From NCBI GenBank assembly GCA_016700375.1, contig CP065016.1, forward strand, positions 1,170,001 through 1,202,000: a stretch of DNA of 32,000 bases, in the 5' to 3' direction. The DNA comes from Candidatus Saccharimonadota bacterium (GTDB lineage: Bacteria; Patescibacteriota; Saccharimonadia; Saccharimonadales; UBA4665). A program made the position numbers and the translations under genes. The notes below the pieces were generated by a model that worked only from the letters and a program-made list of their open reading frames with translations, searched no databases and was not told the DNA's origin. Shown here piece after piece: positions 8,548-17,374 of the stretch. The first letter of the stretch is position 1, and each line of letters opens with the position of its first letter.

Positions 8548-9990
8548 ATGGAAGCACGAAACGGTCACGAGCATCATGTGCCGCTGAAGCGGTATAAACG
8601 CACTAAAATAATTGCTACTGTTGGGCCAGCGACAGATAGTTACGAGGCTATCAAGCGGCTTATTGCGGACGGGGCGAATGGGCTGCGGCTAAATTTCAGT
8701 CATGGTGACCACCCGCAAAAAACCCAGCACATAAAATGGATACGTAAAGCCAGCCGCGAGCTAAAAAAACCAGTTGCCATCATCCAGGATTTACAGGGTC
8801 CCAAAATCCGTCTTGGCGAATTTGATGATATTATCACCGTTAAAAAGGGTGAAACACTCAAGCTCGGTTACGAAGCCGACTGGCTTGAAACTGGCATTAT
8901 CCCTACGCAGTACGACTTAAGTACAAAGGTAAAGCGAGGCGAACGGCTCTACATATTTGACGGCAAGGTGCGCACGGAAATTACCAGCGTTCGTAGCGGC
9001 ATTGTCTACTGCGAGGCACACAACGACGGCATTTTACTCAAGCGCAAGGGCATAAACCTACCAGATACGGACTTCGGCGGAGACGTGATAACTGAAAAAG
9101 ACAAAGCCGACCTCGCCTATGGCAGTACGCAGGACATAGACTACGTGGCTATGAGCTTCATTCAGTCTGCTCAAGACATTGAAAATATGCGCGTTATCCT
9201 AAAAAACCTTGGCTCAGATGTAAAAATCATCGCCAAACTCGAAACCAAGCTCGCCATAGATAACATAAAAGAAATTATGCAGGCGACCGATGTTGCCATG
9301 GTCGCACGAGGCGATATGGCGGTAGAAGTGAACCCGGAGGTTGTGCCGGTGGCGCAGCGCCAAATTATTAGTATGGGCTTGCAGTACGGCAAGCCAACCA
9401 TCGTCGCCACCCAAATGCTTGGTAGTATGACCGAATCACCAGAACCATCACGCGCGGAAGTGTCCGACGTGGCGACCGCAGTGTATTTAGGCGCAGATTG
9501 CGTCATGCTCAGTGACGAAACGGCTATGGGCAAGTACCCGCACGAAGCGGTGAAAATAATGAAACGCATCATCAACTACTCGCAGCAGCATGGTGTGGTA
9601 CGGGTGTCGTTTAAGGGTCAGTTTGAAAAAGAACCGACCCGCCAGCTAGCTATAAGCCGCGCCGTTATTGGCATGGCGACGAGTATACACGCCCAGGCGA
9701 TTATTGCAGAAACGAAAACAGGAGCAACGGTGCTAACGATTGCCTCCGAGCGTCCCGACGTCCCCATCATAGCGGTGACCGACAGTGTGCGTACCGCCCA
9801 GCAGCTCGCCATTGTGTACGACGTAAAGAGTTACGTACGTCCCGTTAGTGCTCATGCCGCTCAGAAGATTACCGACTTTCTGCTAAAGGAGCGCGTTTTC
9901 GAAAAGGGCGACATAGTTATGTTGGTGAGCGGTCAGTATCCTGGGGTCGTCGGCGCAACAGATACTATCAAAATACGTCAGTTAGATTAG
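8548..9990 (+). CDS. pyk: Pyruvate kinase
   Basis: RTKIIATVGPA, GANGLRLNFSHG, IIAKLETKLAIDNIKEI, MVARGDMAVEV and ATQMLGSM are pyruvate kinase motifs. Confidence 0.95.
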   Translation: MEARNGHEHHVPLKRYKRTKIIATVGPATDSYEAIKRLIADGANGLRLNFSHGDHPQKTQHIKWIRKASRELKKPVAIIQDLQGPKIRLGEFDDIITVKKGETLKLGYEADWLETGIIPTQYDLSTKVKRGERLYIFDGKVRTEITSVRSGIVYCEAHNDGILLKRKGINLPDTDFGGDVITEKDKADLAYGSTQDIDYVAMSFIQSAQDIENMRVILKNLGSDVKIIAKLETKLAIDNIKEIMQATDVAMVARGDMAVEVNPEVVPVAQRQIISMGLQYGKPTIVATQMLGSMTESPEPSRAEVSDVATAVYLGADCVMLSDETAMGKYPHEAVKIMKRIINYSQQHGVVRVSFKGQFEKEPTRQLAISRAVIGMATSIHAQAIIAETKTGATVLTIASERPDVPIIAVTDSVRTAQQLAIVYDVKSYVRPVSAHAAQKITDFLLKERVFEKGDIVMLVSGQYPGVVGATDTIKIRQLD

Positions 9991-10010
9991 AATTTAGAAT
10001 TTGGAATTTC
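9990..10010. repeat. Three tandem heptamers GAATTTA-GAATTTG-GAATTTC at the pyk stop / pgk upstream region
   Basis: Read directly from the sequence. The first unit overlaps the pyk stop codon. Confidence 0.7.
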
Positions 10011-10092
10011 GGTATTCGAATGTACAATAAAACCATAAACACTGACATGGCGAAATTTGTATCGGGTGTCAGAGGAAAAGAATGGGTGGGCA

Positions 10093-11388
10093 GTGAGTTT
10101 TACGAAAAAAACAATCCGCGATATTGATGTAGCAGGCAAAAAAGTGCTTGTTCGAGCTGACTACAATGTACCGCTTGATGAAAAAGGTCAAATTACCGAC
10201 GATTATCGCTTGCAGCAAAGCGTCCCAACCCTGCGCTACCTCCTCGAACACGGAGCGGCGCTCATTTTGTGCTCGCACCTTGGCCGCCCAGACAGCAAAC
10301 CAGACCCCAAATACAGCCTGTTCCCAGTGGCTAAATCACTTGGGAAGCTTTTAAATACAGAGGTGGAGTTCGTCCCGGATTGCGTGGGAGAACGCGCCAA
10401 AAAAGCCGCCCAAAACCTGCAAGCCGGTCAAGTGCTGTTGCTTGAAAACCTCCGTTTCCATGCCGAAGAAGAAACAAACGGCGCCGAATTTGCCAAGGAG
10501 CTCGCCAGCCTTGCCGATGTATTTGTGCAAGATGGTTTTGGGGTGGTGCATCGAGCCCATGCCAGCACCGAGGGAGTGACGCACTGCTTACCGAGTGCAG
10601 CAGGCTTATTACTAGAGAAAGAAGTAGACACCATAACTAGCTCTATGGAAAACCCTAAACGACCACTGGTAGCAGTGATAGGCGGTGCCAAGATTGCCGA
10701 CAAAATTGAAATATTGCAGCGTTTTCTCGATATTGCCGATGCGGTCGTGGTGGGCGGTGCTATGGCAAACACGTTTCTGCATGCGACCGGTCTCAAGGTA
10801 GGCAAAAGCAAGATAGAACCAGATGATTTGCCGCTTGCGAAAGAAATTATGCACAGGGTGAGCGAAGTAAAAAAAGAGCGCGATTTTGTGTTTTACCTGC
10901 CGCAAGACGGCGTGGCTGCAAAAAAACTCGATGCTGCCGCGCCGACCAGAATTGTCGACTGGAGCGCCCATGTCATTGCGGATATAGAAGCCTACCCAAA
11001 GCGACCAGTTCATGAAGCGAGCCAAGTTGCAGAAGACGAAATGATTTTAGATATCGGCCCATTTAGTGGCGCGTTTATAGCAGGGTTACTACAGCTTTCT
11101 GAAACGGTGGTATGGAATGGCACTATGGGAGTGACTGAAACCAAAGGTTTGCAGGGGCCGGTTGGGCCGACAGCGCATGGCACAGAGCTGCTTACAGAGG
11201 CTATGCTCGGGCAGTTCGGCAACCGGCCGTTTAGTATTGTCGGTGGTGGTGATACGGTCGGGTTTGTCCAAGACCGTGGTTTGACGGCGAGTTTCGACCA
11301 TGTTTCCACCGGCGGTGGTGCGAGCCTTGAACTTATGAGTGGCAGGAAACTACCAGGCGTAGAAGCACTGGAGAACAAAAGTGAATAA
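10093..11388 (+). CDS. pgk: Phosphoglycerate kinase
   Basis: KKVLVRADYNVPL, CSHLGRP, LLLENLRFHAEEE, GGAKIADKI and STGGGASLE are PGK motifs. The GTG at 10093 (MSFTKKTIRDIDV) follows GGTGGG and matches typical PGK N-termini. The listed ORF opens at a TTG at 10057. Confidence 0.93.
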   Translation: MSFTKKTIRDIDVAGKKVLVRADYNVPLDEKGQITDDYRLQQSVPTLRYLLEHGAALILCSHLGRPDSKPDPKYSLFPVAKSLGKLLNTEVEFVPDCVGERAKKAAQNLQAGQVLLLENLRFHAEEETNGAEFAKELASLADVFVQDGFGVVHRAHASTEGVTHCLPSAAGLLLEKEVDTITSSMENPKRPLVAVIGGAKIADKIEILQRFLDIADAVVVGGAMANTFLHATGLKVGKSKIEPDDLPLAKEIMHRVSEVKKERDFVFYLPQDGVAAKKLDAAAPTRIVDWSAHVIADIEAYPKRPVHEASQVAEDEMILDIGPFSGAFIAGLLQLSETVVWNGTMGVTETKGLQGPVGPTAHGTELLTEAMLGQFGNRPFSIVGGGDTVGFVQDRGLTASFDHVSTGGGASLELMSGRKLPGVEALENKSE

Positions 11389-11518
11389 ATTCCAAATTCC
11401 AAATGCCAAATTCCAAACAAATTCCAATGACCAATTAATAAATATAGCTCACACGAGGCCAGTTTGGACTTTAGCTATTAAAAATTGTTTGAGATTTGAT
11501 GCTTGGAATTTGGAATTT
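11387..11518. repeat. Heptamer array (AAATTCC)n facing an inverted (GGAATTT)2 in the pgk-tpiA intergenic region
   Basis: AAATTCC at 11387, 11394, 11408 and 11419, plus AAATGCC at 11401. GGAATTT at 11505 and 11512. The arms are complementary and could form a long-range hairpin. Confidence 0.7.
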
Positions 11519-11558
11519 TCAGCATACAAGCCTTACACTATAGGAAAGCACTAGCACT

Positions 11559-12341
11559 ATGGACAAAAAACTTCTCATCGTCGGCAACTGGAAAATGCAC
11601 CTCAGTGTGCACCAGTCAAGTCTGCTTGTTCATAGGCTGAGTGAACGGATTGCTTCTCACCGCGACGTAGAGGTTGTCATTGCGCCCAGCATACTTGCAC
11701 TACAGCCCCTCAGCGTTGAGATTGACCGCCGGCGCTTCCGCTTGGCTGCCCAAGACGCCTACAATAAAGACGAAGGCCCATGTACCGGCGAAGTCAGTTT
11801 TGCTATGCTCGGTGACCTCGTGCACTACGCCATCGTTGGTCATTCGTGGCGGCGACTTAACTCGGGTGACACGCTGGATGTTGTGCGGGACAAAGTGCAG
11901 GCGGCTATCCGCAACGATATCTCCCCCATCATATGCATAGGCGAAACCAAGCAAGAACGCGATGCGGGTGAAGCGAAACAAGTCATTCACGACCAGCTCA
12001 CCACTGCTCTCATGAACCTTACCAGCAAAGATATTGAAAAAATTGTCCTCACCTATGAGCCGGTATGGGCTATCAGTACAGCCGATGGTATTATTGCCAA
12101 GCCAGGTGATGCCCAGGAAATGATTCGTTTTATGCGCGACCAAGTTCGGGAGCTTTATGGCGAACGAGCAGCGCGAGCCATGCACGTCCTTTATGGCGGC
12201 AGTGTGAACGAGCACGACGTTCGCAGCTATCTCGAACTTCCAGAAGTAGACGGTGTCCTCGTGGGAGCCGCCAGCCTGAACTATCACCAGTTTTCCGAAA
12301 TTGTGAAAGTTGCTCATCAGGTTCAAACAGAGAGGAAATAG
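11559..12341 (+). CDS. tpiA: Triosephosphate isomerase
   Basis: VGNWKMH, IGHSWRR (the HSERR-like catalytic His region), ICIGE, YEPVWAI and YGGSV are TIM motifs. Confidence 0.95.
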   Translation: MDKKLLIVGNWKMHLSVHQSSLLVHRLSERIASHRDVEVVIAPSILALQPLSVEIDRRRFRLAAQDAYNKDEGPCTGEVSFAMLGDLVHYAIVGHSWRRLNSGDTLDVVRDKVQAAIRNDISPIICIGETKQERDAGEAKQVIHDQLTTALMNLTSKDIEKIVLTYEPVWAISTADGIIAKPGDAQEMIRFMRDQVRELYGERAARAMHVLYGGSVNEHDVRSYLELPEVDGVLVGAASLNYHQFSEIVKVAHQVQTERK

Positions 12342-12344
12342 CAC

Positions 12345-13025
12345 ATGCCTGCCGAAAAGAAACCTATCAAAGTCATGGATGGAGTTCATCTTGGCGATAC
12401 GCCTCCAGCGTCATCAAGCCGGCCGGTAATTATTACCAATCGCCCTATTCTGGCGACCGATCCGATGCTGAATATAGATGGTGTCGATACGTCAGCAGAG
12501 AAGCCCTCCGGTGAGCCGGCCGTCGAGTCGAGCACAAGACCAAAGCTAACTGGTAAAAACATAGCACCTCAGGAAAGAACAGAGGAAACAGATCCACCCG
12601 CACCAACTTCCGACGAACACAACAATGTAAAGTCCCAAAATACAGCCGCCACAGATCTACCCGCAGACGGCTCAACGCCCGAAAAAGAACAAAATGAGGT
12701 GAAAACCCCCTCTGTAAATGAGGAATCCCAGGCAAAACCGAGCACGGAAGGTGAGTCAGAAATTCCTACAAACACTGAGTTTGCAGAACAAACCCAGAAA
12801 GAAGAAGCGGAGGTAGACCCCAAGTCAGCTCGTGAAATCGAGATCGAACGTCATATAGCTGCCGGCACCTATTTTGTCCCAATCGGTCAGGTCAAGCGCC
12901 GCCGCCGAAAGGCCGTCGTCTTTACCGTGTTTATTTTGCTCGCGGCAACACTTGCACTCGACCTGCTACTTGACATGGAAATTCTAAAACTAGACTCCAT
13001 CCCGCACACATCGTTCTTCAAATAA
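12345..13025 (+). CDS. Hypothetical protein with an acidic low-complexity region and a C-terminal transmembrane anchor
   Basis: The ATG lies 3 nt after the tpiA stop. The middle of the protein is E/T/P-rich. A basic KRRRRK stretch is followed by hydrophobic VVFTVFILLAATLALDLLL. Confidence 0.6.
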   Translation: MPAEKKPIKVMDGVHLGDTPPASSSRPVIITNRPILATDPMLNIDGVDTSAEKPSGEPAVESSTRPKLTGKNIAPQERTEETDPPAPTSDEHNNVKSQNTAATDLPADGSTPEKEQNEVKTPSVNEESQAKPSTEGESEIPTNTEFAEQTQKEEAEVDPKSAREIEIERHIAAGTYFVPIGQVKRRRRKAVVFTVFILLAATLALDLLLDMEILKLDSIPHTSFFK

Positions 13026-13051
13026 AACGAGCAACTAATTAGGGTCGTTGC

Positions 13052-13777
13052 CTAGGAGGTCATTTGGTCGAGGTTATGGGGTATCATACCTCTGAAAAAG
13101 GGTGATTCGGGTGATCTTCGTACGAAAGCGGCTTGTGCAACAGATAGTAGCGATTCGACTTCTCCAAAGGGCAAGATGAGTGATTCGGTCTGACTCAGTG
13201 CGATTTCAGCAGGTGTTTCAGGCGCAACGTAAGCCGGGTCTTCAGCAAGCATAAAGTATCCCAAAATACTTTGATCGGGTACTACTTCGAGTAAAGGACC
13301 AATTATGCCTGGTTCGAGCTCTATCCCCGCCGAAGGATTCCAGCCCTCGGATTGGTTGATAGCGGCTCCCTTAATTTGTTTATTTGTTATGGTAATGCCA
13401 AAGGTGCTTGCAGCATCTCTCGCTACATAGGTTTTCATACTGTTATCTATGCGTCTCCCTACGCCGCCCAAGAGAAAGCGACGAGGGCCGACTGTAGTTG
13501 CGAAAGTAAGCGTGATTGTTCTTAAAGGGCGCGGCGGCAGGGTGGTGACCATATAATTTGCTATTTCATCGCGTATGGTCTCCAAGTAGGCTTGTTTATC
13601 TAGGAGGGGCTCGTGTGTAAGGTATGTGTGACGTATATTATGGCCGGTAAGGTACTCCCCGGTAACTGCCATTAGAAGGGGCTGGACGGTGCTTGAGCCA
13701 AGAGCCCCTCTTGCTAATAGCTCTGTATACCGCCCAATGCCAAAGGCTGGGTCCATAGGATGTATCAGTTCTGACAT
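13052..13777 (-). CDS. Hypothetical protein (241 aa)
   Basis: A long ORF on the strand opposite its neighbours with no competing ORF. No motif recognised. Confidence 0.55.
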   Translation of the reverse strand: MSELIHPMDPAFGIGRYTELLARGALGSSTVQPLLMAVTGEYLTGHNIRHTYLTHEPLLDKQAYLETIRDEIANYMVTTLPPRPLRTITLTFATTVGPRRFLLGGVGRRIDNSMKTYVARDAASTFGITITNKQIKGAAINQSEGWNPSAGIELEPGIIGPLLEVVPDQSILGYFMLAEDPAYVAPETPAEIALSQTESLILPFGEVESLLSVAQAAFVRRSPESPFFRGMIPHNLDQMTS

Positions 13778-13925
13778 TATAAGCAGAGTATATCAGAAAA
13801 AATTCTAAGAAATACTTTTAGAATCCCGCAAAACCAATTAAATTGTATATGAAAAAGCAATTATGACTTGCATCCAACAGGGTAACTGAAGCAATTTATG
13901 TGTGCTAGTCTGGTAGAATAGATGG

Positions 13926-16900
13926 GTGCAAGCTAGTCTTCTCGTGGGGTTGAATCCGGAGCAGCGGCGGGCGGTGGTAACTACCGAGGGCCCGCTGCTT
14001 ATTCAGGCCGGGGCCGGTAGCGGCAAAACGAAAACGCTGACGCACCGCATCGCCTACCTGATTGCAACGCACCAGGCCACGCCCTACAGCATTCTGGCGG
14101 TGACATTTACGAACAAAGCTGCCCGGGAAATGCGCGAGCGGGTCTGGCGGCTCATGACCAGCATAGGGTCTCGGGATTTCCAAGCGAGCGATATGCAAGG
14201 CGCAACCGAGCAGCGCAGTGAATCGTATCGAGAATACGGTGAACGAGCAGCGCAGGTGGCAACGAAGCAGATTGCCGCTAGGGGCATCGATGAACCGGGT
14301 TCATCCCGGAGCAGCGATGCCTCGGTGGAAGTGCCGAGGAGTTTTATGCCGTGGATGGGGACATTCCACTCCATTTGCGTGCGGCTCCTGCGCATGGACG
14401 GCGAATATATCGGCATACCCTCAAGCTACGTTATTTTTGACGAAACTGACCGGCTCAGTACCATAAAGCGTATTTGCAAAGAGCAGCATGTCGATGAAAA
14501 ATCCTTTCCGCCGCGCACAATCTCCGGCTATATTAGCAGCGCCAAAAACGACATGATTGGACCAGATGAATACCGTGAGACCGTCAAAAGTCCCACTGCT
14601 GAAGTTGCCGCCAAAGTCTACCCGCTCTACCAGGCCGCCCTCCATGACGCCAAGGCGCTAGATTTCGACGACCTTATTTGGCGTGCCGTGCAACTCCTAG
14701 AGAACCACAAGGAAATCCGCGAAAGATGGCAAACTCGTTTCAGCCACATTATGATAGACGAATACCAAGATACAAATGCTGCCCAGTACCAACTGGTAAA
14801 GTATTTGGTCAATGAAAAGCGAAACCTGGCTGTCGTGGGCGACGACTGGCAATGTTTCCCCCCGGGCAGTCTGGTCCAGACACCGGACGGCATGAGGCCA
14901 ATTGAATCGCTGCAGCCTGGCGAGACCATAGTTGCATCTGCTGGGCAAGGAAAAACAGCGCCAGCTGTCGTAGACACTAAACGTGAATTTTTGTTTCAGG
15001 GTGAATTGGTTGCTATTAAAACAGCCAGAGGCCATGATATTACCGTTACGCCAAATCACTTGCTATTTGCGCACTGGCAGCATATTCCAGACAGCTATTT
15101 CGTGTACCTTATGTATTCGAAGCATCATGGGTATCGCATAGGTATGACAAAGTCATCTCGTTATGATGGTAAAAAGCACGATATTGGCCTGCGTGTCCGA
15201 GCCAACCAAGAACGTGCTGATAAAATGTGGGTATTAAAACTCTGTCAGAACCGCGCCGATGCCGAATATTGGGAGGCATTTTTCTCCTATAATTACGGCC
15301 TCCCGATGCTTGTTTTTCGGGCAGACGCGAATCGTTCTATGCAAATTACGCAAGACCACATTGATCGTATTTATGCCGACATCCCAACCGCTGAACGCGC
15401 AAAAAAACTTATGGCCGACCTAAACATCTTGTTTGAGTATCCCCACTTTGTGCCGCAAGCAACGGTGAGGAGCGGCCGCAAACGAGTGGCGCTGAATCTG
15501 GTGCTTTTTGGGGCAAAAGATGGAGGCAGCCGCCTATCCATAAACACAACCAGCGCCGCAGATTTAGCTGTTTTTCGAGAGCGAGGTTATGCGGTGCGTG
15601 CCGGAAGGGCGGGGACTTTTCGCAGTGAAATCCACGCCAAAGATTATGGAAAATTGGAAACAATCGGCATGGATATCACGGCAAATGCCCCTGCAATCGA
15701 ACTCAACCGCTATGCGTATATCTCGGCACATAAGTACCAGTTCATGCCAGCGGCGCAGTTGCATGCAGGTATGCTTGTACCGAGCCTCGCAGGTACAGAG
15801 ATAATCGATGATGTTATAGTAGCTGTAGAGAAGCTTCCGTATGACGGCCCGGTGTATGACATTGACGTGCGAGGAGTGCACAACTATATAGCGGGTGGAA
15901 TCGTAGTTCATAATTCGATTTACAGTTGGCGCGGCGCAGACTTTCGCAATATTTTGCGGTTTGAGAAAGACTATAAAGATTGCACGGTCATCAAGTTGGA
16001 GCAAAACTACCGCAGCACCGGGCATATACTAAATGCCGCTCATGGTGTCGTGACAAAAAACCAGCAGCGTAGTGACAAGCGGCTCTGGACAGCCGAAGGC
16101 GATGGCCGCCACGTCCAGCTTATGCAGGTTATGACGGAGCGAGCCGAAGCTGAAACCATCATGCGTACTATCCGCACGGCCGTGGATATGGGGCTTCGGC
16201 AGTACAAAGACTTTGCCGTCCTCTACCGCACGAATGCTCAGAGCCGCACCATAGAAGAAGTGATGGTGCAGTACGGTTTGCCATACCGTGTTGTCGGCGG
16301 CGTACGGTTCTATGACCGCAAAGAAATAAAAGACCTCATTGCCTATTTGCGCTTGCTGTATCAGCCAGATGACCGTACTAGCTTTGAGCGGATTGCCAAT
16401 GTGCCGGGCAGGGGTGTCGGTGCAGTCAGCCTCGGGAACTTCATTGGCTGGATGCTGGCCGAACGGCTAAGCCTGAGTGACGCTTTGAGTCGGGTGGCCG
16501 AATGCGACACCGTGACGGGCAAGGCGCGCAAAGGGCTGGTCGAGCTTGCGGACGTGCTTGGTTCGCTGCGAGCGCAGCTAGAAGAACTTCCGCCCGATAT
16601 TCTGGTCGAGAGCCTTGTAAAGCGGCTGGACTACCTCCGCTACCTCGATGATAAAACGCCGCAAGGCGAAAGCCGGCAGGAAAACGTACGTGAGCTTATA
16701 GGGGTGGCGCAAGGCTACCACGAAGAAGGCCTTAGCAGTTTTTTGGAAGAAGTAGCGCTCATTTCAGATCTCGATGCGACAAACCTGGACGATAACGCCG
16801 TTACGCTCATGACTTTGCATAGCGCCAAAGGCCTCGAATTCCCAGTGGTATTTATGATTGGACTCGAAGAGTCAATTTTGCCCCATAGCCGCGCCTTGTA

Positions 16901-17333
16901 CGACCAGAGCGAAATGGAGGAAGAGCGCCGCCTTTGTTACGTGGGCATGACGCGTGCCCGCGAGGAGCTATATATGCTGTATGCGACCTCACGCTCGCTA
17001 TACGGTGGTATGCAGCACAATATTCCCAGCCGCTTTCTTAGTGAAATTGCCGATGACCATGCGGAAGAAACCACCATTATGCCTAGTTTTGGACGAGCCG
17101 ATTTCACTTCATTTGATGATTTTTCACCCGAAGAACAGATAGGCCAGACAAGCAGTTTCACCCCGGATGAACCGCGCTATATCCCCGAACTCCATGAAGG
17201 TGACCACGTTCGGCACGACATATTTGGCACGGGAACGGTAGTAGAGCTCAGCGGCGATATGGCGGCCATTTACTTCAAAGGCAAAGGTCTCAAAAAACTA
17301 AACACCGCCTTCGCCCCTCTCGAGAAGCTGTAG
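13926..17333 (+). CDS. pcrA: ATP-dependent DNA helicase, PcrA/UvrD family, containing an intein
   Basis: SF1 helicase motifs: AGAGSGKT (I), TFTNKAAREMRER (Ia), IDEYQDTN (II), VGDDWQ//SIYSWRGA (III, split by the intein), QNYRST, LYRTNAQSR, TLHSAKGLEF and YVGMTRARE. Confidence 0.93.
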   Translation: MQASLLVGLNPEQRRAVVTTEGPLLIQAGAGSGKTKTLTHRIAYLIATHQATPYSILAVTFTNKAAREMRERVWRLMTSIGSRDFQASDMQGATEQRSESYREYGERAAQVATKQIAARGIDEPGSSRSSDASVEVPRSFMPWMGTFHSICVRLLRMDGEYIGIPSSYVIFDETDRLSTIKRICKEQHVDEKSFPPRTISGYISSAKNDMIGPDEYRETVKSPTAEVAAKVYPLYQAALHDAKALDFDDLIWRAVQLLENHKEIRERWQTRFSHIMIDEYQDTNAAQYQLVKYLVNEKRNLAVVGDDWQCFPPGSLVQTPDGMRPIESLQPGETIVASAGQGKTAPAVVDTKREFLFQGELVAIKTARGHDITVTPNHLLFAHWQHIPDSYFVYLMYSKHHGYRIGMTKSSRYDGKKHDIGLRVRANQERADKMWVLKLCQNRADAEYWEAFFSYNYGLPMLVFRADANRSMQITQDHIDRIYADIPTAERAKKLMADLNILFEYPHFVPQATVRSGRKRVALNLVLFGAKDGGSRLSINTTSAADLAVFRERGYAVRAGRAGTFRSEIHAKDYGKLETIGMDITANAPAIELNRYAYISAHKYQFMPAAQLHAGMLVPSLAGTEIIDDVIVAVEKLPYDGPVYDIDVRGVHNYIAGGIVVHNSIYSWRGADFRNILRFEKDYKDCTVIKLEQNYRSTGHILNAAHGVVTKNQQRSDKRLWTAEGDGRHVQLMQVMTERAEAETIMRTIRTAVDMGLRQYKDFAVLYRTNAQSRTIEEVMVQYGLPYRVVGGVRFYDRKEIKDLIAYLRLLYQPDDRTSFERIANVPGRGVGAVSLGNFIGWMLAERLSLSDALSRVAECDTVTGKARKGLVELADVLGSLRAQLEELPPDILVESLVKRLDYLRYLDDKTPQGESRQENVRELIGVAQGYHEEGLSSFLEEVALISDLDATNLDDNAVTLMTLHSAKGLEFPVVFMIGLEESILPHSRALYDQSEMEEERRLCYVGMTRAREELYMLYATSRSLYGGMQHNIPSRFLSEIADDHAEETTIMPSFGRADFTSFDDFSPEEQIGQTSSFTPDEPRYIPELHEGDHVRHDIFGTGTVVELSGDMAAIYFKGKGLKKLNTAFAPLEKL
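14853..15914 (+). mobile_element. Intein (354 aa) inserted in helicase motif III
   Basis: It starts with Cys (CFPPGSLV), has block B VTPNHLLF, and ends VYDIDVRGVHNYIAGGIVVHN followed by the +1 Ser of SIYSWRGA. Removing it restores the canonical VGDDWQSIYSWRGA. Confidence 0.88.
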
Positions 17334-17374
17334 CCATAAATACCTTCTGACCTCAGTGGTATACTAGAATAGTT

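Noticed and set aside
3388-11518. The heptamer arrays considered as a possible CRISPR array.
   Set aside because: The units are 7 bp, directly abutting, with no spacers and no 25-40-bp repeats. There are no cas genes in the window.
11700-12389. A 229-aa minus-strand ORF lies opposite tpiA. Similar antisense ORFs occur in ppsA (7093-7665, 6381-6878), pgk (10612-11420), the helicase and leuS (31016-31570).
   Set aside because: All are fully nested antisense to genes with strong family motifs, and none shows a recognisable motif of its own.
13802-13824. The inverted repeat ATTCTAA-N9-TTAGAAT considered as an SOS (LexA) box upstream of pcrA.
   Set aside because: It does not match the LexA consensus sequences I know (CTGT-N8-ACAG or CGAAC-N4-GTTCG). 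Arms of 7 bp in AT-rich DNA can arise by chance. I mention it only within a low-interest finding.
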